Shown here piece by piece: positions 26,999-35,242 of a DNA stretch of 64,000 bases (the first letter of the stretch is position 1; each line of letters starts with the position of its first letter). The notes under the pieces are model-generated. The model was not told the origin of the DNA. It made no database searches and saw nothing but the letters and a program-made list of their open reading frames with translations. The stretch comes from Planctomycetota bacterium (GTDB lineage: Bacteria; Planctomycetota; SZUA-567): assembly GCA_031270145.1 (NCBI GenBank), contig JAISYD010000211.1:1632-65631 (forward strand), written 5' to 3'. Position numbers and translations under genes: made by a program.

Positions 26999-29659
26999 TC
27001 AGGTTTCGTCCCGCAGCCGGATGGAAATGCGGCGGTTGGCCGAGGCTTGGGCGGCGGCTTCGCCGGGACAGGCGGCTTCGATGATGTTTATGCCGCAGCC
27101 GGCCGACCGGCCCAGCGAGTTGACCACGTCCATAAAAATAATGCCGGCGCGAATTTCGCACAATCCCTGTTCATTCCGTTTTTCATGGTTTTTCCTGACC
27201 AGGCTGCTTTTGGACTTGAAATCCTTTTCCAGCCGCTTGCCGTCGTCAAGAAGCTTCTTGCGGAGAACCGCCCCCCCGCCGGACGTTTCAATGCCGTCGG
27301 CATTGATGGTGATCGTTTTTTCCGCCAGTTTTAGTATCTCGTCGGCCGTCGACCTCAACTGGTTCATGTCGTTCACCGCCTCGGGGGTCAGGGCGATGGA
27401 TTGACGGTTGGCCCGCCGGGCCAATTTCGAAATATGCTTGCCGATATCGGCCACTTTTTCCGCGTCGTTGACCGCATGGACCAGGCGGGGAAACATTTCG
27501 GCTTGGTTTTCGTTCAGGGTGGTTAGGGAAATTCCGCCTAGATATTTGGTGATGGCGGTTTTCAGTTCGTCCGTCTCCTCCTCCAGGTTTTTGGCGGCCC
27601 GGACCAGGTTTTCGTCCCAATCCGGCGTCGGCGCGTGCAGAAGGGCGGCATAGCCTTCGCGTTGGGATTCGCGGGCCTTGCCCAGCATTACCCCCACCTC
27701 GGCCCAAACCTGCCGGATCGCCAGGTAGGGAGTGGAAAGAAGATGGGGTTCAAGTATTCGCCGGGCGTCGCCCTCGTATTCATCCTCGGCGGGGGCGGAA
27801 TGGATTAGAAAGCGGCAGAGGCGGGCGAATTGGGGAACGAAAAGAACAAAGACGGCGGTGCAGGTCGCATTGAAAAGCGTATGGGCGTTGGCCAGGAAAC
27901 GCGGCAGATTCTCGTTCCCGACGAAAACGTCGCCGGGGGTGAGAAGGTTGGCTAACTCCATGAAAATCGGCCGGCCCGGCCGGCCCGGCCACTCCACGTA
28001 ATTAAGCAGGATCATTATCGCGACCCCGAAAACATTGAACATGACGTGGAAGCAGGCGGCGCGCTTGGCCGCGGCGCCGGTCCCTATGGAGGCGAGGGCG
28101 GCGGTTATGGTGGTTCCTATGTTGTCCCCCAGGAGTATTCCGAAGGCGGCATAGGGATCAATCAACCCGGCCGCGGCCACGGTGATGAGCATGCCGATTG
28201 TGGCCGCCGAACTTTGGAGGACGAGGGTGACCGCCAAGCCGCAACCGACCGCCTTCATGAATTGCCAGATCGGGATGAAGCCGCCGGGTTCCGGCCGGCA
28301 ATTGAGCCCCCGGAACAAGCTGGTCACCAGCAACGAATCGCGCAACTGCAGCAGTTCATCCGACATGACGGTCATGCCAAGGAACAGCATGCCGAATCCT
28401 ATGATGACGGACGCCCATGATTTGACCGCCTGGCGCTTGGCCAGGAAGAGGATGACCACGCCGATGGTGATGGCCGGCAAGGCCATTCGGGCGAGATTCA
28501 AGGAGATGATCTGGGCGGTGAGGGTGGTCCCTATATTGGCCCCCATTATCACCCCGATGGCTTGTTCGAGCCGCATCAGGCCGGCGTTGACGAATCCCAC
28601 CACCATGACCGTACAGGCGCTGGAACTTTGGATCAGCGCCGTCACCATCGCCCCCGCCCCGACCGCCATGAAGCGGTTGGTGGTAAGCAGGCTGAGAAGA
28701 TAGCGGAGTTTTTCCCCGGCCACGAACTGGAGGGATTCGGACATCATCCGCATGCCGAAGAGAAAAAGGGCCACCCCCCCCAGGAGCGATGTCGCGGACG
28801 ACCAGGCGTCCAAGGCGAACAAGCTCACCACTATTGGTTCAAGGAAGGAGGTATTGCCCGGCAATCCCTTCAGGATGGAAATCCCCACGTCTATTCTGCC
28901 TTGGGAATCGCCGAATCTGAGATCGCTGACCGCCAGACCCGAGGCGTCGCTATACGCCAGCTTCCCCGAAAGCCTGGTTCCGGGGGGAGCCATCAACAGA
29001 TTGAACCTGACCTCGCCTTCGTCCTCCCCCACATAAACGCCCGGGGCTTTTTCCAGCCGCACCGCCAGGGGGGAAGCGGCGGTCTGGCCGACCCGGCCAT
29101 CCTGGGGGGCGCCGGTTATTTGTACCCCGCCCAGGACGGTAACCGATATTGGCGGGATCGTCCGGTAATCCGGAGCGTAAGCCTCAATCCGATAGATGCC
29201 CGGCCGGTCGCCAACCAGGAAATCGACTTCGGCGGTTCCGGCCGCGTCGGTCACGGCCTCCGAGGGAATCAATTCGCCGTTTTCGGCGCCGGCCGGCCGT
29301 TCCGCCAGCCGGAAGGCTAGGCGGATTCCCGCAACCGGGGCATCGGCGCCGGATTGGTCCCGGCCGAAGACCATGAAACGCGGTTTTTGATCAAGCCGGC
29401 TTGCCAATGGGCTGGTCCTGGCGCCAACTCCATAAAGGGTCAGGCGGGTCGGAACCGGAGGTTCGGTTTCCTCGCAGCCGGAAATCAACATTAAGGAAAA
29501 GGATAGGACGATTATGGGAAAAAGGCGAACCGGGAGGGATGAAAAATTTGGGACCGCGCAACCGGAAAAATTCAACCTGATTGGGTAATATAGGGATCGG
29601 TTTATTGGCTGGTTCAATCTTTTAGCCACCAACCACCCTTTCGGAAAAGGCTTGTGCAT
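26999..29659 (-). CDS. Na/Pi cotransporter (NptA/YjbB-like) with C-terminal PhoU-like domain and N-terminal Ig-like extension
   Basis: The core shows duplicated Na/Pi motifs (QSSSACTVMVVGFVNAG, LQSSAATIGM) and a PhoU-like helical C-terminus. The N-terminal 300 aa or so is beta-rich after the lipobox-like LMLISGC. Start is uncertain (29659 MHK or 29776). Confidence 0.8.
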   Translation of the reverse strand: MHKPFPKGWLVAKRLNQPINRSLYYPIRLNFSGCAVPNFSSLPVRLFPIIVLSFSLMLISGCEETEPPVPTRLTLYGVGARTSPLASRLDQKPRFMVFGRDQSGADAPVAGIRLAFRLAERPAGAENGELIPSEAVTDAAGTAEVDFLVGDRPGIYRIEAYAPDYRTIPPISVTVLGGVQITGAPQDGRVGQTAASPLAVRLEKAPGVYVGEDEGEVRFNLLMAPPGTRLSGKLAYSDASGLAVSDLRFGDSQGRIDVGISILKGLPGNTSFLEPIVVSLFALDAWSSATSLLGGVALFLFGMRMMSESLQFVAGEKLRYLLSLLTTNRFMAVGAGAMVTALIQSSSACTVMVVGFVNAGLMRLEQAIGVIMGANIGTTLTAQIISLNLARMALPAITIGVVILFLAKRQAVKSWASVIIGFGMLFLGMTVMSDELLQLRDSLLVTSLFRGLNCRPEPGGFIPIWQFMKAVGCGLAVTLVLQSSAATIGMLITVAAAGLIDPYAAFGILLGDNIGTTITAALASIGTGAAAKRAACFHVMFNVFGVAIMILLNYVEWPGRPGRPIFMELANLLTPGDVFVGNENLPRFLANAHTLFNATCTAVFVLFVPQFARLCRFLIHSAPAEDEYEGDARRILEPHLLSTPYLAIRQVWAEVGVMLGKARESQREGYAALLHAPTPDWDENLVRAAKNLEEETDELKTAITKYLGGISLTTLNENQAEMFPRLVHAVNDAEKVADIGKHISKLARRANRQSIALTPEAVNDMNQLRSTADEILKLAEKTITINADGIETSGGGAVLRKKLLDDGKRLEKDFKSKSSLVRKNHEKRNEQGLCEIRAGIIFMDVVNSLGRSAGCGINIIEAACPGEAAAQASANRRISIRLRDET

Positions 29660-29815
29660 TGTTCGGGACGGAATTATACTTGGCTGAAAACAAAGCGCGA
29701 ATAGGTTCACGAAGGCAACCGGCCGCCCCGCGGAGGGGAAATCCCCGTCGAACCGGTTGGGCTTTGACCATACCAAAATATATCCTCGATTCGGGGTTTT
29801 GGCAAGGAGAAAACC

Positions 29816-29974
29816 ATGATTGAAAACAATGCCTGTTTAAACCGGGAAAACAACCAACGGAATTGCAATTGCTCCAATACCGCCTGCGACAATCACGGCA
29901 TCTGCTGTCGGTGCGTTTTGGCTCACCGGGACAAGGCGCATCCGCCGGCCTGCCTGAGACATTTTGAAAAATGA
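29816..29974 (+). CDS. 52-aa Cys-rich small protein (below ORF-track cutoff)
   Basis: My own translation is MIENNACLNRENNQRNCNCSNTACDNHGICCRCVLAHRDKAHPPACLRHFEK. It has 8 Cys. AAGGAG lies about 7 nt upstream of the ATG, and the stop is TGA at 29972..29974. Confidence 0.55.
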   Translation: MIENNACLNRENNQRNCNCSNTACDNHGICCRCVLAHRDKAHPPACLRHFEK

Positions 29975-30090
29975 GGGGGACATGGCTGTCTGGCGTTGCA
30001 AGGTGAAACATTTCAACCCGTGACAAAATCGTTACCGCCATGGAGAGGTTTTTCCCCAAGCGAATATTTGTTTCGGAGATTCCCCGAAGT

Positions 30091-30182
30091 TGTCGACTTT
30101 TAAAGGAAATCGGGCCAACCGCCGCCCGATTTCCTTTAAAGATTAAACCGCTTGCGTTTGTTTGATTTCCTTCAAAAGTCAA
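30091..30182. repeat. Composite TTTAAAGGAAATC element (three arms), MITE/REP-like
   Basis: Arm a 30091..30110 gtcgacttttaaaggaaatc pairs with arm b 30127..30140 gatttcctttaaag, or with arm c 30163..30182 gatttccttcaaaagtcaac (18/20). GAAGTTG occurs on both flanks (30085..30091 and 30184..30190). Confidence 0.7.
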
Positions 30183-30398
30183 CTGAAGTTGTTTGAATTG
30201 TTTTTCCCTTGCGTTTCAATTAATTCCATTTAAGATACTCGGAGGAAGGGCAAAATTCACGTCTCTCAACCCATAATTCCAGGCTAACGCTTGGGAAAAG
30301 GTTTAATTGCCCGGCAATTCAAGCGAATTGGGTCGGAAGTTTTGAGGGACTATTGTTGTAACGTTCACAAAATCATGATCTTCACCAAATTATAGCAT

Positions 30399-30437
30399 TG
30401 TCGTCCGGAGTCGGTTCCGGACGGCGGTTTTTATTTT
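30399..30437 (+). terminator. Intrinsic terminator-like hairpin just upstream of the rplS RBS
   Basis: Stem cgtccgga (30402..30409), loop gtcggt, stem tccggacg (30416..30423), then gcggtttttatttt. The rplS GGAG and ATG follow within 15 nt. Confidence 0.6.
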
Positions 30438-30451
30438 CCCTGGAGTGAATC

Positions 30452-30841
30452 ATGAATCCGATTATTGCCGAGTTGGAAAAGGAAAACAGCAAAAAAACCA
30501 TTGATTCCTTTTGGGTGGGGGATACGGTTGATGTGCATGTGAGAATCATCGAAGGCGAAAAGGAACGCATTCAGATTTTCAATGGCGTGGTCATCGCCAA
30601 AAAGAAGGGCGGCATGAATGCGAGTTTCACGGTTCGGCGTCTGGTGGCGGGAGAAGGCGTCGAACGGGTTTTCCCTCTTCACGCCCCCAGGGTGGAGAAG
30701 ATCGTAGTCAAGCGGCGTGGCCGTTCCCAGCGGGCCAAACTGTATTATCTGCGGGATCGGGTGGGCAAAGCCACCCGGCTCAAGGAGGAAAACCGTCCTT
30801 CACGAGGCTTGGCCAGGGAAAAGGATGCGGCCGGAAAATAA
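30452..30841 (+). CDS. rplS: 50S ribosomal protein L19
   Basis: 129 aa with [44 protein letters not shown]...[16 protein letters not shown], classic L19. Confidence 0.95.
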   Translation: MNPIIAELEKENSKKTIDSFWVGDTVDVHVRIIEGEKERIQIFNGVVIAKKKGGMNASFTVRRLVAGEGVERVFPLHAPRVEKIVVKRRGRSQRAKLYYLRDRVGKATRLKEENRPSRGLAREKDAAGK

Positions 30842-32324
30842 TCTCGCGGCCCTGGCGGCGATTTTCTGGCTGTCCTCCGGCGTCATATCGGCCTTGGCCG
30901 GCGAATCCCTGGACGAATGGCTGGATCGGGCCGCCGATCCAGTCTTAAGCCGGCGCGAGCGGGAATTCGCCTCAAGACAAGTTTTAATGCTTGCCGACGA
31001 TTCGGCAAGCATTATTGTTTCCGCCTTGGCGGAAAGGGATCCCGGCAAACGTCTTCGCCGCCAGGCGGCGGCCAGACTTTTGGGAGAGTTGGCCCTTCCC
31101 GAAGCCGAGGCGCCGCTTATCGAGGCGTTTTTCGCGGAGGATCCGATTTTAAGCGAAACCGCCGGAGCGGCTCTGGCCAAGTTGTATTCCCGGCTGGATC
31201 CCGCCAATTTATCGCGTCTGTTAAGCCAGGACAAGCCAATCGCCGCGGGGTTCCCGCCCCCACCCGGAAGCGGACTTGACGACTGGCTGTCCCTGTCGCT
31301 GGCGGGGAGCGGGTCCACCGAGCGTTTTCGAGCCGTGGTCATGCGGGCGATAGCCGTCAAATATGCCCGAACCGGAGGTCTTGACCAAAGGCTTCTGCCG
31401 CAGGTCTTGGCCTGCCTTTCGAATGGCGGGACGGAACTGCGGATCTGGTCGGTCCAAGCCGCCGCCCTGTCCGGCGAAGCGGCGGCGGCGGAAAAAATAG
31501 TAACGCTACTCTATTACGAGACTCATCCCGGTTTGTTGATTCAGGCTCTCCGGTTCTTGGCGGAGTCGCGGCTGGCCGCCTACCTTCCGGCGGCGGAACG
31601 CCAGGCGGCGCACGCCGATCCCTTGGTGGCCATTGAAGCCCTTGCCGCCCTTGCCGCCCTTGGCTATGGAGGGGCCGTGTTTCCCCCCGGTCCCGGCGCC
31701 CGGTCCATCGCCGGCTATATTCATCACCCTTCCACTCCGGTCCGGCGGCGGGCCATAGAACTGCTGGGCTTGAGCAGGAACCCCGCCGCCATCGAATATT
31801 TGGAAGCCGCCCTGTTTGATCGGGTCGGAGCCAATCGGGCCGCCGCCGTTCGCGCCCTGGCGAAGATCGGCTTCGCCGGTTTGGCCGGGAGCCTGTCGCC
31901 GCTTCTGCGGGACGGCCGGCCCGAGGTGAGGACCGAGGCCGCCATCGCCCTGGCCGGAATGGGAGTGGTGGGAGTCACCGCCAGGGTGTTGGAGGATTTG
32001 GCCGGCGAGTCGCCGCCTTTTCGCCGGGCGGCGGCGAGGAGCCTGGGCGCGATGGGCGATGCCAGGGCGATCCCGGCGCTCTTGGAGGCCCTGGAGGATC
32101 AAGATTTGGAACTGGCCTGCCTGGCGGCCGAATCACTGGGGGAAATGGCCGGAAAGGAATTGGGCGCCAACCTGTTCGCTCGCCTTGTCTCCCGCGGTAA
32201 TCCCGTGCTAGCCGACGCCATCCGTCTGGCGCTAAGGAAAATTTACCAGGACGATCCGGGCGATTCGCCCGGAGCTTGGGGATCCTGGGCCAGACGGAAC
32301 CGCTTGTCGGGAGGTTCCCCTTGA
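30825..32324 (+). CDS. HEAT-repeat (PBS-lyase-like) protein with signal/anchor
   Basis: Probable start [27 protein letters not shown]. Repeated units of the type [60 protein letters not shown]. Confidence 0.7.
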   Translation: MRPENNLAALAAIFWLSSGVISALAGESLDEWLDRAADPVLSRREREFASRQVLMLADDSASIIVSALAERDPGKRLRRQAAARLLGELALPEAEAPLIEAFFAEDPILSETAGAALAKLYSRLDPANLSRLLSQDKPIAAGFPPPPGSGLDDWLSLSLAGSGSTERFRAVVMRAIAVKYARTGGLDQRLLPQVLACLSNGGTELRIWSVQAAALSGEAAAAEKIVTLLYYETHPGLLIQALRFLAESRLAAYLPAAERQAAHADPLVAIEALAALAALGYGGAVFPPGPGARSIAGYIHHPSTPVRRRAIELLGLSRNPAAIEYLEAALFDRVGANRAAAVRALAKIGFAGLAGSLSPLLRDGRPEVRTEAAIALAGMGVVGVTARVLEDLAGESPPFRRAAARSLGAMGDARAIPALLEALEDQDLELACLAAESLGEMAGKELGANLFARLVSRGNPVLADAIRLALRKIYQDDPGDSPGAWGSWARRNRLSGGSP

Positions 32325-33563
32325 ATGAATCCCGACGGATTTGATTATCCCCCCAAACCAGTCGCCTCCGCGAGTCCGGGCCGGCCTTCCAAATGGGAAT
32401 GGCTCCCGCCCGTCTGTTGGCTGCTTCTGCTGTTGTTCCAATTGGCGGATTATTGCTTCAATTTCCGCCCGCCATTCCGGGAGTCCGCGGGAGCGGACAG
32501 CCGCGATTTCGTTATGCTCCTGTTTTTTATGTTGTCGCCGGGGACGCTCTGGCGGCTGCTGGGACACGGGTCGTGGAATGTCCACCGAATTTGTTTCGCC
32601 GCCTTTCTGGTTGCCCTGGTGGCGCTCAATCCCTTGCTTCGTCCCGATGCCGGGATTTTGAGCCGGGTTTTCGACAATTGGCTTTTGTCCCTGCTAGGCT
32701 GCGGAATTTCCTTCACCCAGCCTTTTCTAGGAGCGTTGAGGCTGCATAGATTGCTGGGCGACCGCGGGATTGCCATGTCCCTCTTCGCGACCTTCAGGTT
32801 ATGTCTGGCGGGAACGTTTTTCAATATTTTTCTGCCGGGTTCCACCGGCGGGGACGCCTATCGGGTTTATGCCCTTGGTCGCGGCTTGGGAACGGGATTC
32901 GCTCCGGCCCTGGCGTCAATTACCTTGGATCGGGTGTTGGGGTTTCCTTCCCTGATTTTGGTGGTTTTGCTGGGCATGGGACTGAATTACCGCTTTTTGT
33001 TGGGCAATTCGCCGCTGACGAAACTGGTTCCCTTCGTGGCCGCGGCCGGGGTGGTTTGCCTGGGCATGGTTTTTTATCTGGCCTGGGCGGGTCGGGGGGG
33101 CGGGGCGAACCCGGATCCTGGAAAGGGAAATCCAAGATCAAGCCGTCCCGGCCGGTTGCGACGGCTTCATTTGTTGATTGCCGGCAATGTCCGGCGCCCG
33201 GCCACCTTGCCTTTGGCGCTAATTTATGGCGGGTTGTCCCATCTGGCCACCATAGCGTCCTGCCAATGCTTCGCCCTGGCGTTGGGAGTCTCCGGATTGC
33301 CCTGGATGCGCTATTACCTGATAATACCCCTGGCCATGACCATCAATGCCATACCGGGGGCACCCGGAGGGTTGGGGCAGGGTGAACTTGCCATGGCGGC
33401 GCTTCTTGGCCTGGCCGATCCCGGAGGGATAAATCCCCGGGCCGGGGTCGCCTTGATGCTTCTTTTCCGCCTGTCCAACTTGTTCCTGGGGTTGATCGGC
33501 GGAGCGGATTACGCCTTGGGCGGCCTTAAAAAACGGGCCGGTTCCTCATCGGCGGAGCGGTGA
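32325..33563 (+). CDS. Lysylphosphatidylglycerol-synthase-TM-like (UPF0104) membrane protein
   Basis: Polytopic. Family hallmark FFNIFLPGSTGGDAYRVYAL. The ATG directly follows the HEAT gene TGA. Confidence 0.7.
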   Translation: MNPDGFDYPPKPVASASPGRPSKWEWLPPVCWLLLLLFQLADYCFNFRPPFRESAGADSRDFVMLLFFMLSPGTLWRLLGHGSWNVHRICFAAFLVALVALNPLLRPDAGILSRVFDNWLLSLLGCGISFTQPFLGALRLHRLLGDRGIAMSLFATFRLCLAGTFFNIFLPGSTGGDAYRVYALGRGLGTGFAPALASITLDRVLGFPSLILVVLLGMGLNYRFLLGNSPLTKLVPFVAAAGVVCLGMVFYLAWAGRGGGANPDPGKGNPRSSRPGRLRRLHLLIAGNVRRPATLPLALIYGGLSHLATIASCQCFALALGVSGLPWMRYYLIIPLAMTINAIPGAPGGLGQGELAMAALLGLADPGGINPRAGVALMLLFRLSNLFLGLIGGADYALGGLKKRAGSSSAER

Positions 33564-33569
33564 CCGGCC

Positions 33570-34568
33570 ATGGCCACGGATCCGGCCAAGCCGTTTGATC
33601 ATGATTTTACGGTCGGCCCCTCCCGGGATCGCTTCCGCCTGGATGTTTTCATCAAGTCCATGTTCCCGTCGCTAAGCCGTACCAAGGCGCAATTGCGCAT
33701 TTCCGAAGGAAGGGTGACGGTCAACGGCTTTCCCCGGCCCGCCAATTGGCGGGTATTGGCGGGAGATCGGGTATCGTTGCATTATCCCCCCCCGGACTTA
33801 GCTTCGGCCGAGGCGGGTCGGCATATCCCCCTGGACATAATTTACGAGGACGATGATTTGGCGGTGGTGAACAAACCTCCGGGACTGGTTGTGCACCCGG
33901 TGGGGAGGCACAGACATGACACCCTCCTGAACGCTCTTTATTGGCGGTACCGCGATTTGCTGCCGGAAGGGGAGTCGGTGACTCTGGCCAACCGGCTGGA
34001 CCAGCACACTTCCGGGATTGTTCTTGCGGTCAAGAACATCCGGGCCAAACGTATTATTCAGGAAGGTTTCGAGAGGCGGGAGATGGGCAAGACCTATTTC
34101 GCCTTGTGCCACGGGTTGATTCGGGACGATAAAGGTGAAATCGATCTGCCGATCGGAAGGGATCCCGACGAATCCGATCATTGCCGAATGGCTATTCGTT
34201 TGGGAGGGGACGGCAAGCCGTCCCGCACCTTATATCGGGTGGAAGAGCGTTTTGCCGCCGGCTTCACCCTGGTCGGTCTTAAACCCGTGACCGGCAGGCA
34301 ACACCAGTTGCGGCTGCATTTGTCGGCCATTGGACATCCCCTGGTTGCGGATCCGCGCTACGGCGGCGGGGATCGGCTGGAGTTGAGAGGCCTGGATGGG
34401 GGCTCCGTCAAATTGGAACGGCACGCCTTGCATGCCTTTGAATTGACGTTTCGCCATCCCGGGGATCGCCGGAATATGCGGCTGGCGGCCCCCTTGGCTT
34501 CCGATCTCCTAGAAGTGATTGAATGGCTGCGAAAAGAAACGAACCGGAACATTTCTCCGAATCGCTGA
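33570..34568 (+). CDS. rluD: RluA/RluD-family pseudouridine synthase
   Basis: S4-like N-terminal domain, VVNKPPGLVVHP, catalytic-Asp motif NRLDQHTSGIVLAVKN, and LHAFELTFRHP. Confidence 0.85.
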   Translation: MATDPAKPFDHDFTVGPSRDRFRLDVFIKSMFPSLSRTKAQLRISEGRVTVNGFPRPANWRVLAGDRVSLHYPPPDLASAEAGRHIPLDIIYEDDDLAVVNKPPGLVVHPVGRHRHDTLLNALYWRYRDLLPEGESVTLANRLDQHTSGIVLAVKNIRAKRIIQEGFERREMGKTYFALCHGLIRDDKGEIDLPIGRDPDESDHCRMAIRLGGDGKPSRTLYRVEERFAAGFTLVGLKPVTGRQHQLRLHLSAIGHPLVADPRYGGGDRLELRGLDGGSVKLERHALHAFELTFRHPGDRRNMRLAAPLASDLLEVIEWLRKETNRNISPNR

Positions 34569-34658
34569 ATCCTTCCCGAAATCGATGCCGGCAATCGCGT
34601 TTTTGAAGCCGCGACCCCCACTTTCCCCCTTCTCTCGAGTTTCGCGGCAGGCCGGGGC

Positions 34659-34686
34659 TTGCCTGGCCGCCGAACCGTGTTATAAT
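34659..34686 (+). promoter_or_regulatory. Candidate sigma-70 promoter with extended -10
   Basis: TTGCCT (34659..34664), a 16-nt spacer ending in TGT, then TATAAT (34681..34686). Lies about 100 nt upstream of the 34784-cinA operon. Sequence match only. Confidence 0.4.
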
Positions 34687-34783
34687 TGCCGCTGGGGCGC
34701 CTTTCCTCCGGGTTGGGAGCCAAATCACCCAAGAGGCGGGGGAATTTATTATTATGACGGGTTTGAAGCGAAGGTCGGGATGA

Positions 34784-35224
34784 ATGGCGGAAACAATCCG
34801 TTCAAGGCCAGTCGAATATTATAACCCCCGTCCCCCGATTCTGGGAACCTGCTTTTTCCTGGGCGTTGTTTTCGGGTTCTGCCTTTATCTGTTCCGGGCC
34901 CAGGATCCCGTTACGGTCCCGCCAATTCCGGCAATGGAACCCGCCATTACGATTCCCCCGGCCCCAGCCTCGGAACTTGAGCGCCGACGCCTGGATGCGC
35001 CGGACATCGCGGAAGTGGGGCCGGCGCCGGCGGTTGAAACCAACCGGAATCCCAGATTCGAAGACCTTGAGATCGGATCGCCGGCGGTGATTCTGAATAC
35101 CGAGGGCGGCCTGACCGGCCGGAACGCCAAGCCCCTTAGCCGGCGGAGAGTCCCGGCCGCGCCCGGCCTGAAATCCTATCCGGGAGCCGCGAATCCGCCG
35201 CCCCTTCCCGATCTTATGCCGTGA
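34784..35224 (+). CDS. N-terminally anchored Pro-rich hypothetical protein
   Basis: 146 aa with one TM (ILGTCFFLGVVFGFCLYLF) and a Pro/Ala-rich tail. Ends 18 nt before cinA. Confidence 0.45.
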   Translation: MAETIRSRPVEYYNPRPPILGTCFFLGVVFGFCLYLFRAQDPVTVPPIPAMEPAITIPPAPASELERRRLDAPDIAEVGPAPAVETNRNPRFEDLEIGSPAVILNTEGGLTGRNAKPLSRRRVPAAPGLKSYPGAANPPPLPDLMP

Positions 35225-35242
35225 GGCAGGAGGAAAAATTAC

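Noticed and set aside
30091-30182. Possible mini-CRISPR array, because of the repeated 20-mers.
   Set aside because: There are only three copies, in mixed orientation (a forward; b and c inverted). Spacing is irregular and there are no cas genes. This is a palindromic repeat element instead.
29622-30182. 186-aa minus-strand ORF spanning the AT-rich intergenic region (mirror copy at 50937..51497).
   Set aside because: It runs through the repeat element and the divergent promoter region and has no RBS. It overlaps the better-supported 52-aa Cys-rich ORF on the other strand.
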